A stretch of 60,550 nt of DNA, filler included, from Globobulimina sp. (GCA_003354225.1; 15 parts of 15 records of this genome joined end to end with filler, not necessarily neighbours in it), one strand, 5' to 3'; numbered from the whole stretch's first letter, positions 32,175-43,920 are shown. Made by a program: numbers and translations. The notes: a model not told the origin generated them from the letters alone.

Positions 32175-32358
32175 GCGATATTGCGTACAAATAAATGGAT
32201 GGAAAACACTAAACTTTTATATGGCCATTCATACACATAATAGTAATAAAATATGGCCNNNNNNNNNNNNNNNNNNNNNNNNNNNNNNNNNNNNNNNNNN
32301 NNTTAATTAATTAANNNNNNNNNNNNNNNNNNNNNNNNNNNNNNNNNNNNNNNNNNNN

Positions 32359-34041
32359 ATGGAAATCGATGTAATTACACAACATTTAAATTTTAATATC
32401 GAGCAAACTGAAAAAAACATGGAAGAAACCGATCGAAATTTCGATTGGAAAAAGGAATTAAATGCATTCAATAAAGGTAAAGCTCAACAAAAAGAGGAAG
32501 AGAACGAGCAAAATAATGAGGATGAATGGATAGAACGCATTTACTCTCAAATGGAAGTTCCAAAATTGATATTTCGATATTCGATGAAAAATATTGAAGG
32601 GAAATTAAAATATTTAATGATTAAGAAAATATTATTATTAATTCCTACAAAACAAGATTTAAAAAACGACGAAATGGATTCACATAAATATAATGATGAA
32701 CGTGATTTAAATGAAAAATATGATAAAATGGTTCTTCGCTTTGATGAATTAAAGAAATACATCTTCGAATATTTAGAGAAACACCTTTCTTCTGATTCTG
32801 TTATCATACAGTTATTAGCGACGAAAAATTTATTAGTTTATTCCAAAAACAATACAATTTTAAACAGGTCCGTCGAGATTGCGGGAGTACAAGTCTTTGA
32901 ACGGGCCATTTTATTGTTATCCATGGATGAGAATAAAGACAATAATGACAAAAACCAAAAACATATAATCTCAATTTTACAGAATTTGATTAAATATTTG
33001 CAAAATAGAATGGATTTTTACATTCAGTTGAAAGCCAAAATTGTGGCAAAAGAAGATGTGAATGAAAATGAATTGTATTTATTGACATTGTATGACGATG
33101 TTATGCATTATTTAGTGCTTCGATTATTATGTTCATTTAAGAAATTAATGCAATTAAATGCGAGCACAGCAGAAATGTTTCAAGATTGGATTATTACTCT
33201 TACACAAATTGACAAATTTGCTGAGGCATTAAATGTCATCAAATTGGCCACCAAGCAATTCCCACAAAGCGTTTTATTATGGAAATTATATTCTGATTTA
33301 TACTGCAGACAAGTGTCCATTTGCAACGACAAAAAAGAGAGAAATAATTATTATCGAAAGAGCATTGCAGCGAATATGAAAGGTATTCAGTGTGTGTCCA
33401 GTAAACACGTGGAAGTATTATGGATAAATATGATCGATATTTTAATTGCGCAGTTAACGCATTTATCAATGAATGTGCCAGTCAGCGGTGACATTGATAT
33501 GAAAATGGAGCAGGATGTGGATAGCGATGATACGGACAGTGACGGTGAGGTGTATGAGAATAATTTGGTTCTACGGCAGGTTGACACAATCAATAAAACA
33601 TTCCAACGAGGAATCGAAGAGTGTTTGAGCCACAATGAAGATTTAAAAGAAAAATATTTGAAATGGATGGTAATGTATTATTGTGAGAAGAAACGGAAAC
33701 AATTGGATGTATTGAAATGGTTTCAACGCCAAACTATAAAATGTTCATTGAGAATATATAAAATTATGTTCGATATTTATGAATGTATTTTGTTATTTGA
33801 TGTTGAAAATGTTAATGTGTTGACAAGCGGTCAAAAAAGCAATGTGGATACAATAACAAGGTTGTATGAGAAATGTTTGCATGAACATGGAAAAACTGAC
33901 GCACAAATCTGGATTTGGTATGTTGAATTTTCAAGAAAATATAGGAAAATATCGGATGCGTCATCTGCGTATCGAAGAGCTATGAAAACTTTGGATTGTA
34001 ATGGTGTACAAGTGTTTATACAAAATGTTAATATCAAATAA
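32359..34041 (+). CDS. HAT-repeat protein, U3 snoRNP UTP6-like, 5' partial
   Basis: FPQSVLLWKLY; C-terminal LYEKCLHEHGKTDAQIWIWYVEF..YRRAMKTL resembles the UTP6 C-terminus. Confidence 0.65.
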   Translation: MEIDVITQHLNFNIEQTEKNMEETDRNFDWKKELNAFNKGKAQQKEEENEQNNEDEWIERIYSQMEVPKLIFRYSMKNIEGKLKYLMIKKILLLIPTKQDLKNDEMDSHKYNDERDLNEKYDKMVLRFDELKKYIFEYLEKHLSSDSVIIQLLATKNLLVYSKNNTILNRSVEIAGVQVFERAILLLSMDENKDNNDKNQKHIISILQNLIKYLQNRMDFYIQLKAKIVAKEDVNENELYLLTLYDDVMHYLVLRLLCSFKKLMQLNASTAEMFQDWIITLTQIDKFAEALNVIKLATKQFPQSVLLWKLYSDLYCRQVSICNDKKERNNYYRKSIAANMKGIQCVSSKHVEVLWINMIDILIAQLTHLSMNVPVSGDIDMKMEQDVDSDDTDSDGEVYENNLVLRQVDTINKTFQRGIEECLSHNEDLKEKYLKWMVMYYCEKKRKQLDVLKWFQRQTIKCSLRIYKIMFDIYECILLFDVENVNVLTSGQKSNVDTITRLYEKCLHEHGKTDAQIWIWYVEFSRKYRKISDASSAYRRAMKTLDCNGVQVFIQNVNIK

Positions 34042-34235
34042 AACAAGACATGACAATGTTAATGTTGCTGATGACTGAAAAAAAAACATTTTTTAATTAA
34101 TTCAAACCAAATCTTTTGAGTCAACATCGCATGCACCCAATGAAAACCCGTTTCTATATAAAAGTATGCAATTGACGATGTTGATTTTTTTTTTGTTTGA
34201 AGATACGTGGTAAGATTAAAAACTATCATTTTGTT

Positions 34236-35384
34236 TCAAACCAAGACTACTTTTATTTTGTTTGGATTAAAATCATTAAATTCATCATTTCCAGATGTCC
34301 TTTTCAATGAGTTATCTTTTAACGTATATCGATCTGAATTTGCAACATAATTATTATTGGTTGATGTTATTGGATGAAAACCACGTGCACATTGCATGAA
34401 TGTACTTAAATTTTTATCAATATCAAATATATTCCCAATACATTTCAATTGCATCATTTCTCCATTAACTGTTTCATTCAAATTATTCCAACGTATAGTA
34501 CGGTTTTGAGGAGCAATTTTTATTCCAACGGTTTCAAAAGTACAACCAATAATATTTACCTCTCTTGCAAATGGTGATAATCTAATGTCAGCCTTTCCGA
34601 ATCCATACCCAATAAATCTACAATTATTTATATTCAAATGAGAGCCTTTAGCTGCATAAAATATAGAATTAGAAAGTGAATAGCATCTTAATTTACAATT
34701 ATCCAACTGTAATATTGCATTTTCCATCACATCAATTCCAATTCCCTTTGAATCAAATGCTATGTTTCGAATATCGCCTTTTGTGCCAATGCTCACAGAA
34801 GCATGAATCGTCACAGCTGCTCCCACCCCAATTAATTGTACATTAACCTCACACATTTGTGATACACTATATACACCAGAATCAACTAATAATCTATCAC
34901 CGGAATCGCAAATCTTTAATGTCTGTTCAATATCTTTCATTGGACCTTTATATCCCAATCGGATCTCCATTTTATGTAATTTTGTACGACGTTGACTAAT
35001 AATATAAGTTTTATTCACATTCTCATCATATTTTACTGGAGATTTAATTTCATTCATTGAGGAATATAATTTTGTTAAATGATTTTGTTCATTTTGCTCA
35101 GAAAATTTTTTCCATTTTTTACTGACTGCTTTCGTATGATATAAGCCACCAAACCATAAAATATATTGAATGATATCTGAAGGGAATATCTCATCAATTG
35201 ATATTGTTGCATAGTAAGCTTTTTTACAACATTTTGAATCTAATTCATCGATTTCTTGGGCGATAAAACGTTTGATATGATTAAGAGGAAGAAATTGTAA
35301 CATTAATATTAAATCATTGACACATTCACTTAAACCGAGACGTTCCTTCAAGCAAATCTTAAACCGACGCGTTTCTGCTTCCAT
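34236..35384 (-). CDS. F-box-like + right-handed beta-helix protein
   Basis: FPSDIIQYILWF..VSKKWKK (F-box-like); GDRLLVDSGVY followed by parallel beta-helix repeats (LDNCKL, INNCRF, IIGCTF). Confidence 0.65.
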   Translation of the reverse strand: MEAETRRFKICLKERLGLSECVNDLILMLQFLPLNHIKRFIAQEIDELDSKCCKKAYYATISIDEIFPSDIIQYILWFGGLYHTKAVSKKWKKFSEQNEQNHLTKLYSSMNEIKSPVKYDENVNKTYIISQRRTKLHKMEIRLGYKGPMKDIEQTLKICDSGDRLLVDSGVYSVSQMCEVNVQLIGVGAAVTIHASVSIGTKGDIRNIAFDSKGIGIDVMENAILQLDNCKLRCYSLSNSIFYAAKGSHLNINNCRFIGYGFGKADIRLSPFAREVNIIGCTFETVGIKIAPQNRTIRWNNLNETVNGEMMQLKCIGNIFDIDKNLSTFMQCARGFHPITSTNNNYVANSDRYTLKDNSLKRTSGNDEFNDFNPNKIKVVLV

Positions 35385-35496
35385 TGTTGAAATAAAATGC
35401 CAAAGTAAACTTTTTTCAAAAAGTGACTATTCACGATTTGGTTTATGGACGCTGTCAAATCGACAAAAAAAGACAATCTCGAAAAAAGAAAATTTA

Positions 35497-36301
35497 TTAT
35501 TTGCACAACTTATCAAAAACTTTTTCATTTTGTGGGAAATATTTACAGAACGATTCAACTAACAATGGCTTTGAATTATGATCCCATAAAATAGCAAAGA
35601 CCACTCTACCAAAACAGCCATTGAATTCATCCATCAATATACTATAAAAAATCTTCGCTACTTCCTCTGGCGGATTATCTGTGTATAATTATTTGAAAAA
35701 AACACCATAATACATATGTATATACAAAGACACATAACTAAAAATGCCGCATCCCAATGCACCCAAAACAACCGCATCATGTCCATTCTCATACGCAATC
35801 CGAAATATTGTGCGTATTTTATGTTTATACGCTTCAACTTCATTCTTATTCAAACCTTTCATCGAATAATGTATTCGAGCGGCTACAGCAATAAACGACA
35901 AAACACACCGCTGTTCCAATGGCAACATAGCATATCCACTACTTTCTGATCCACGAAACACATAAACATTTTTTGAATATATCCCTCCATATTTATCATG
36001 CATCGGATAATAACCACCAATCTGTTTCTTTTTCCCTCTCTTTTTTGACTTGACCTTATTTTCCTTTTCTTCTTCATTTTGATCATCAGTCCTCCAGATA
36101 TTATCATATTGATATGCAGGATTATGCGATTTATTTGGGTTCCTATGCGGCCATAATGATAAATATAAGGTTGTGCGTTTCATTATATTTTCTTCCTGAG
36201 TCCCACCTTCGGAACTTTTATGCGTCGCAGCCGCCGGAGCTTCCTGATTGGCCAAGTTTAGTATCACTGGATTAAAACCCGCTTTTTTAAAATATGGATC
36301 T
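35497..36301 (-). CDS. Microbial-type poly(ADP-ribose) glycohydrolase (TIGR02452/DUF2263 macrodomain), 5' partial; intron 35738-35679
   Basis: LNLAN, GTQEENIMKRTTL, GIYSKNVYVFR, VLGALGCGIF; spliced continuation NNPPEEVAKIF..VVFAI. Confidence 0.85.
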
Positions 36302-36406
36302 NNNNNNNNNNNNNNNNNNNNNNNNNNNNNNNNNNNNNNNNNNNNTTAATTAATTAANNNNNNNNNNNNNNNNNNNNNNNNNNNNNNNNNNNNNNNNNNN
36401 NTTTAT

Positions 36407-38398
36407 TTATTCTTCCACAGCAAAGATGCATATCCAACGGACCCCATCTTGTAAGAATTCAGCATCAGAGTTCTTATTAATAACCACCGCGAAAACGTGT
36501 TTATTATCTGTTTTTAGTAATATTTTTGTATGCTTTTTTATTAAATGCCTAAATGTATGCAATCCAGTGATGATCGCTAATAATTCAAAGTGTGCGATCG
36601 CATATTCTTTGACATATTCTGTACGTAGCGATCTATATATATTTATAAATTCTTTTGGTATCGGTATCGCGAACCAATTTCCTTTGTACCAACAACCGAT
36701 CGCCGGATACCAGCCACATTCACGACTTCCATTGGTTGCCGCATCAAAATGAATCTCATCCTCTGGGTATATAGGATCGCAAATATCAAAAATCGACACT
36801 TTGTTTACAATTTTAATGTATTTCTTCCACCATAAAAGATCCAAAATCTCCCATCCTTCAAATATCACAATCACATTCTTGCGACCATATAACTTTATGT
36901 ATTCATATAATTTATCTCTTAACCTTTTCAAAAATGCCTTTCCTGGCCATTTAAATCCAGAAAAATCCTCCAATTTTCCTATAATAGATTCAAATGTTTC
37001 TAAATCAGCCACCTGATGCAATAAAACCATATTTAATAATTGCTCAATTTTAAATATTTTTATTTCTCTCATTTTAATCGACATATCCTCGGTATCTATG
37101 TCAAAACCAATGAGATCCAAATAATCCATTGGACCCTCTCTCTTATTCTCCTTCTCCACCAAACCCGCTTCCTTTATAAAGTCACAAAATTGCTTAAATA
37201 TATCATCAGCAATGGCCTGCGATGGAGGGAGGAATAGCATGAAATCATCCACATAATTATTCACAATTACCTTCAATAATTGTTTGCATTCCATCTTAAG
37301 ATTTAATAATAACTCAAAGAAATCCGACTGCATAAAAATCGACAATTCCTCTCTCGACAATACCTCCTTCGCTTTATAGATGTTGAAGGATAATAAACGC
37401 ATTCCATTAAATAATAAGTTGTGCACAAATGGTAAAAGGACCGCCATATTATTCTCCAATAACCACCTTTTAATACACAAACTATCCCATTTAAATAATA
37501 ATCTATTATCATATATTTCATTTCTATTTTCTTCATTCATTCTTTTATTCATTCTTTTATTAAACTTTCTATAAAAATATAAAAGATTCCTTTTTTCAAT
37601 ACCTTTATTGATCTCATTTAATAGACCAAAACCATTAATTTTAATATTAAAATATCTACAAATTAGCTGTCCAACGTCTTGGGTGTGTTTTGAACCAGAT
37701 CTGGTTCCCCAGAAATCATACAAATCCGCGACCAATTTCCCATCAAATTTATATATGCAATTTTTCGGCTCAGTTATTGCTAAATAAAACTGCCTAAAGG
37801 CAGTCGCCAAATCTGTTTTGGCCAATTTGAAGCCCGGACCCCATACCAAATACATAATATAACAATATGCTGCTATATCTTTTAAATAAATTAACTTTAT
37901 ATTTGCTTTATGATCCGGTGTTAATTCATTTAAGGATGGATAGGTTCTTGAACCCTTTGTTCCATCCCTAATTATTCTAAATTCATATATCTCTCCGGTA
38001 AAAGGATCCACATTCTTCTCTCTCGCAAATAGAGGAACAATGCCATTCGGGCTCCCTAACCAACCCACTGCCTTTCCAATATCCATATTATTTGTTAAGT
38101 CGATCGCTATCTCCATCCTACTTCTTCTATCCATTTCTTTTTCTGAATATGTTTCTTGATTCAACTTTTTATTTTGTGGATTCTCGATCCCTATTTTCCA
38201 ACCAAACTCTAAATTATTTCTCATAATAATACACATAAAACGATACACAATCTCATCATTGTCGCAACTCTCTATAAAAGGCAGTATTACCTTATACCAA
38301 AACCATCTCCTTTTATATAATATCGATATCTTATATTTTGAGTTTGTATACGCCATTCTAAATAGTTCCAATACTATTTCTTCATTTGCTATATACAA
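36407..38398 (-). CDS. Reverse transcriptase + RNase H of DIRS/Ngaro type
   Basis: SPNGIVP, FRIIRD, PSLN, GPGFKLAKTDLATAFRQ, WGTRSG, YVDDF, LIGFDIDT; RNase H motifs FDAA, IAHFELLAI, KTDN. Confidence 0.88.
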   Translation of the reverse strand: MYIANEEIVLELFRMAYTNSKYKISILYKRRWFWYKVILPFIESCDNDEIVYRFMCIIMRNNLEFGWKIGIENPQNKKLNQETYSEKEMDRRSRMEIAIDLTNNMDIGKAVGWLGSPNGIVPLFAREKNVDPFTGEIYEFRIIRDGTKGSRTYPSLNELTPDHKANIKLIYLKDIAAYCYIMYLVWGPGFKLAKTDLATAFRQFYLAITEPKNCIYKFDGKLVADLYDFWGTRSGSKHTQDVGQLICRYFNIKINGFGLLNEINKGIEKRNLLYFYRKFNKRMNKRMNEENRNEIYDNRLLFKWDSLCIKRWLLENNMAVLLPFVHNLLFNGMRLLSFNIYKAKEVLSREELSIFMQSDFFELLLNLKMECKQLLKVIVNNYVDDFMLFLPPSQAIADDIFKQFCDFIKEAGLVEKENKREGPMDYLDLIGFDIDTEDMSIKMREIKIFKIEQLLNMVLLHQVADLETFESIIGKLEDFSGFKWPGKAFLKRLRDKLYEYIKLYGRKNVIVIFEGWEILDLLWWKKYIKIVNKVSIFDICDPIYPEDEIHFDAATNGSRECGWYPAIGCWYKGNWFAIPIPKEFINIYRSLRTEYVKEYAIAHFELLAIITGLHTFRHLIKKHTKILLKTDNKHVFAVVINKNSDAEFLQDGVRWICIFAVEE

Positions 38399-38978
38399 AT
38401 ATATATATTACTGCTTTTTAATATAACTCCTTTTTACACCACATATGTTTCACTGCCTCTATGGACCTTACGCGAGTCCTAAAATACTTCATCGTATTTT
38501 GCAACTATTTTAATAATTTTATTTCCTTTCTTGCACCACTTCTCTTATTTATTATAAGAAAACAAATATATTCTTCCTTTTTAAAATTATATTAAAAGTG
38601 GCAAGGCAAACACAACACAATTTTTATGTGCAACCCATATCGCATAAAACATAAATAATGCTAAATAGGGTTTTAATTTGCTGCTAAAATAAAATTAACG
38701 ATACACCCAAACCCTTCTTTCTTTTTTTCTCATTTCATTCTCTTCTTTTATTAATAAAATATTTTTCAACAAATAAACAGATATATTGGTTTTTAATATT
38801 AATTCAAACATTAACAATATAATATATACTCATATCTCATCATCATCATAATCCATGGATATCCAAACAAAATAATAATCATATCATATGTAAATATATT
38901 ATATATATACAATACAAATTAATTAAAACATTAATATCAAATTCATTAACTAAAATATTACAACATAGCGAATCTCCC

Positions 38979-40238
38979 TTAACGTCCACGACCTGCAAAT
39001 CTCTTCGATTGCGCATTAGGACAGTTATAAGAGGTATGTTCATTCGCTATGCCACATCTTTCACAATAATGCGGATAACGACATAATAAAAAATCATCCT
39101 TAAACTTGCAATCATAATTATAATCCTTCCAAAAATAACATGGCCTATCTCCATAATAAGGATCTTTTATAAAATACGATCCATCATTCACATTATAGAA
39201 TTTTGCACCTTTTTGCTGCGAATCTTGGCGCGAATCTGAATTATGTTTATAATCATTTTTATTGTTTGTGGGTCTGTCATAATCACCCCTCGAATCTCTA
39301 TGTTTGTTATCCCTTCGCGAGTCTCCATATTTGTATTCACTTCGCGATTCTCTGTCGTATCTACGTTTTTTGTACGGTGGTGTATATGGTGCCTGATTCG
39401 GTGGAGTTTTATATGAATCTCGACCTCGATCCCTATTTTCCCTCAATCTCTTTCTTAATCTTTTATTATTTCTCGCCAACTTATTATTATATTTTTGGAC
39501 GATTTTGGGGCAATTTCTTTTAAGATGCGGTCCCCCACAATTATAGCACTTTATTTTCTTAATATATCTCTCCTGTTTTTCATTCACCACATTCCCACCA
39601 ACTTCTTTTCCTCTATTTTCACCAACATCTTCCATCACAATGTCAATATCTCCATTTCCTACATATAATATCTTACATTCACTCGGCAAATTTTCAATTG
39701 CAAATAATTTGCTTTCATCTGAATTCATATGCATTTTCCATAAATGTGTGAACTCTGACGATTTCCAGCTCAAAATACTTTCATCATTAAAATCCCTCCA
39801 TTTATTGACATAAAAAGCAATCGATACTTTTTGCCAAAAAATACTCGCAATCACCAATCTGTCATTTATTAACATAAATAATTGCGTTTTTGCGAAGATC
39901 CTCATTTCATTTATATTTGTAATAATAAGAGCATACAGTTTATTATATTTTAATTCCTTTGCCGAATATGATAATAATGTGTCTATTGCCCTTAATGTGA
40001 TGGTTGACCATAATGTATGAAACGACATTTTACTGCTTAGGAATTTCTTTAATGCCGATTTTATATTGGCACCATAACTTAAATGTATTTTCCAATGACT
40101 TGCCCACATAAACTTAATTAAATAAAATGGATCTCCGAAACCATATATTAAAAAATAAATAAATTCTTTTAATGATATTTTTAATTCTGCATGTTTTAAT
40201 AAATTGATACCATCACTTTTATTAATTTTATCATGCAA
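38979..40238 (-). CDS. Gag-like ORF1 with CCHC zinc knuckle and C-terminal CCCH+CCHC fingers
   Basis: CYNCGGPHLKRNC; CYFW..C..CRYPHYCERCG..HTSYNC. Confidence 0.8.
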   Translation of the reverse strand: MHDKINKSDGINLLKHAELKISLKEFIYFLIYGFGDPFYLIKFMWASHWKIHLSYGANIKSALKKFLSSKMSFHTLWSTITLRAIDTLLSYSAKELKYNKLYALIITNINEMRIFAKTQLFMLINDRLVIASIFWQKVSIAFYVNKWRDFNDESILSWKSSEFTHLWKMHMNSDESKLFAIENLPSECKILYVGNGDIDIVMEDVGENRGKEVGGNVVNEKQERYIKKIKCYNCGGPHLKRNCPKIVQKYNNKLARNNKRLRKRLRENRDRGRDSYKTPPNQAPYTPPYKKRRYDRESRSEYKYGDSRRDNKHRDSRGDYDRPTNNKNDYKHNSDSRQDSQQKGAKFYNVNDGSYFIKDPYYGDRPCYFWKDYNYDCKFKDDFLLCRYPHYCERCGIANEHTSYNCPNAQSKRFAGRGR

Positions 40239-40726
40239 TAAACCTCCTAAAATAAAATTGTTTTATTCATAACAAACAATCAATAAAATAAATTAATTAT
40301 AATATATAATAATAAAATGTTTTAAAAATAATATTTAAAATATTNNNNNNNNNNNNNNNNNNNNNNNNNNNNNNNNNNNNNNNNNNNNTTAATTAATTAA
40401 NNNNNNNNNNNNNNNNNNNNNNNNNNNNNNNNNNNNNNNNNNNNTGCAACAACACATCCTCTACAAATGTTTCTGGATGTTTTGCATTCGAATCAGAGTC
40501 TGATACACCAATTTTATTGAATATTTCGTGTCTACTTTGCGTGGTGCTCTTCTTTATATATTTGGGAGTCTGTAATATTGCGGCAGGGCAGCGATGACCG
40601 CCACTATATGTCATATCATCCGGCTCTTCTTGCTGCAATTTTCGGCGACTCACAAATTAAGCCAAGTTTTTTTAGTAACTAAACCAAGAGATAGCAACAG
40701 TTACTGCCTGACAGGAAACCAGAAAG

Positions 40727-42409
40727 ATGAATGTCAATGAAATAAAACAGCAAATGAAAAAGAAGGATAACCTGATAAAGAGATTGAAACATGAGTTAGC
40801 AAATAAAAACCAAGAAATAAAACAATATAAGGAAACAACCGAAAATAAAATACATCGACAAACGTGCCTATATCTATACATTTTATGTGTTTTTGAGTGA
40901 GTTTCCTTTATTATTGATTGAAATATATGCAGTGAATATTATTTTGCTGTCAATAAACACCGTTTCTTTCGCCGCAAAACAGACAGAGAAGGCTGGATTG
41001 CCATCACTGATTTCCTCGAATTTAATCAAATCAAAGCATTAAAAGCAACCAAGGCTGATATTATTAAAGTCGCCAATCGTTCAAATATAATCCAAATAGA
41101 ATCAAATAATAAAAATAAAATTAGATCTCAATTTTGGAAGCACTTTCTTTATGACGGCCTGCAGACAGAGTACGCTTCGCTACTTAAGCAATATCACGAT
41201 CTTAATGCAAAATTGTTTGAATTAAAACAAACCTCAGATTCAAACAACGCAGAGCATGAACAGAAATATAATGAAATAATGTTAAAACTGCAATCAATCA
41301 ATAATACCAACATCAAATATAACCAGATTATGCAGCAATTAATGTTTGAGAAGAATTCAACGGATAATAAAAATAACGAGCTGCAGAATGAAATCATTCA
41401 ATTGAAAGCAAAATATCACGAATTGCAACTTTTGGAAGCAAAGCAACAGTCAAAAGAAGTCAGAATCGACGAAATGGAACAAAAACATAAAGAATTGCAG
41501 GTAAAATACAGTGAGTTGCACAAATCCTACCAACTACAAAGAGCTTATAATTCCTTTTCAATTTCAAATAAAAATGGTGTGAAGAAGACTGATAAGAGAA
41601 ATATTTACATCAATTTAATACATCAGCAATCAACTCAGCATCAATACTTTCAGCAAAATGTTAAAAGTATCAATGGAACGACATTTTATGTGCAACAGGG
41701 CGACAATTTGGAGGATTGGGAACATTTGAAAGTTTCGCCAGAAGCCTTTGTATACAACAAAGAGCACCGTATTATAGTTTGTGGCGAATGCGACTTCTCT
41801 TTGAGTGCCTGCATAGTTATGAAATGTGGGGGCGATGGAAGTGGCATTTGTTGCACCTGTTGGTATTATAAGAGCCAATGGTACAAAGGCATTCAGAATG
41901 AGATTGGACCTGAAGCGTTTTTAGAATTTCTGGAGAATTTGGAATTTTGTAAGAAGAACTGCGCGATGGTTACCTTTGGAATTGATGCAAAAGTATTAGC
42001 GGTCAGTGATAGGGAATGGAATAAAAATAATTTCGACAAGTTTGACCGTGTGGTTTTTACGTTTCCGAGAATCTATGATGAAAAAAAGAATCATCAATGG
42101 AATAAAAGTCAGTATCATAAAGAAAATGAAATGTTGTTACGAACCATATTGAAATCAGCAAAGGGTTATTTGAGTGAAGATGGCGAAATACATATTATGT
42201 TACTAAAAGGTCAATTTTTTAATTTTAACATTCGTAATGTTTTGCAGGAGCTGGATTTGCAAATTGCGTTTTGGTCTGAATTGAATCAACATTTATTGCA
42301 TATTAATTTCAATGGATATATACCGAGAGATGGTTATGGAAACGCAATGAAAATCGACAATGCGTTCATTCATTTTTGTAGTTTTAAAAAGAAGCAAACG
42401 TTTCAGTGA
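40727..42409 (+). CDS. La-motif + coiled coil + BMT5/DUF2431-like rRNA methyltransferase domain; exons 40727-40863 and 40933-42409
   Basis: The 69-nt GT-AG intron gives KIHRQTEYYF..EGWIAITDFLEFNQIKAL (La motif); IIVCGECDFSLS, GIDA, FDRVVFTFP, GEIHI (DUF2431). Confidence 0.72.
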
Positions 42410-42741
42410 GTATGTAGATGGAAAGTGTATTTTATGCAATTTTAAGATCGATGCATGTTTTATGATGTTTGGAAATATGTAAAAATAAAACCTGTTTTTG
42501 ATGAGTTTTGTGTTGTTGTATTTGTAAGGATATATTTTTTCGCATGACAAAAAATTTTAGCCTTGGGGCACTAGCTGGACCTCGCACATTGGAACATGTT
42601 ATGTGGTGATCGGATCGCAACTTTTGCAGTCAATCGATCACCACAAATTAATCCAGATACGAAAGTGTTTCAGATGTATAATATTAAGATATATTTGAAA
42701 TATATAAATTATATAAATAATACAACAACAAGTATATATAT

Positions 42742-43920
42742 TTATTTATTTAAATTGGAGACTGATGTTTCTCTTTTGGTCAACTCAGCATCCTGGCTAG
42801 GTTCAAATGGACATTCTTCGTCACCGGTCATATCTTGTAAATGCACCAAATATTGTCTTCCAGTCATCGTATTTTCGCATTGATACGAAACTAATGCTAA
42901 GTCCTACATTTAATTTAATATTAACACGTGCATCGATTATATATTATTTATGCATGGAATTGGTAGATAATAACTAAACTTCTTCGAGAGTCACAACAAG
43001 CATTGAACCAACATAACATTTGTCGGGGTTTGTGAAATCATCCCAGCGCAATAAAATTAGAGCTCCGTCCCAATGGAAATCCGGTGCATAAATATTTCCA
43101 TATAAATGAATGTTACCATAAACATCTTCATATTTCCAACAGGAATTTACAGGGTCAGCTGAAATTAAAATATTATCATAAAACCGATCTTTGGCCGAAC
43201 TTAATTCGGATTTCCATAAACTTGGTATTGGCACAGGTGATAATAATGCATTTCCATTCGGATGTAAACATTGATAACCCATCATCTATTTTTTTTGTTT
43301 TGTTTAATAAAAAAAAAAGTAAAATGTGTAACACTTACTTTAGGATTACCGACTAACGAAGGCGATATTTTCTGTAATTCATACGAATTCCATAATTCTT
43401 CCTCGTCTGCACCAATTTGTCCATCCTCTAATTGTGGATATCGTTCATGTAAAGTGAATGTTAATGCGTGTGAATCGAAAACTAATCTGTAATATCCTTC
43501 TAACGTTCTCTTACCGTACAATCTGAAAACGCTACTTTCTGCGGTGTAGGTATGCTCGCCATCAAAATCAATACCATTGTAATCTCGACCAACAACTATT
43601 TATATATATTTATTGCATGAAAAAAAAACATATACAAATCCACAAATCCGCGGTGAAAAGTCATAAATATATATACAAAAAGCCAACACACCTTCGGTAA
43701 ATTCATTGGTATACTCGAAATTCCCTAAGTTTGCAACCGCCCAATATAGTCCTTTGGACATCTCCGCTTCACATAAATATAATCGATATGGTGTGCCCAT
43801 TATTTCAAACTCAAATGAACCTGTAAAGAATTCCATCATTTCTTCTGTTGCACCGATTGACGCCGAACCTGCTGCCAATGCAACTGCAGCCATTACGGCC
43901 AAACCTAATACAGTCTTCAT
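42742..43920 (-). CDS. Secreted protein of unknown function; exons 43920-43692, 43595-43339, 43285-42980, 42903-42742
   Basis: Signal peptide MKTVLGLAVMAAVALA; three GT-AG introns join the fragments in frame. Confidence 0.75.

Larger units (their letters stand above)
36402..40344 (-). mobile_element. DIRS/Ngaro-type (tyrosine recombinase class) retrotransposon, internal part
   Basis: gag-like ORF upstream of an RT-RNase H ORF; no protease or DDE integrase seen; ends and YR lie outside the contig. Confidence 0.8.

Noticed and set aside
35497-38398. PARG next to an RT as a retron-like or defence operon
   Set aside because: They are separated by a linker and lie on different contigs; the RT motifs, RNase H and gag indicate a YR retrotransposon
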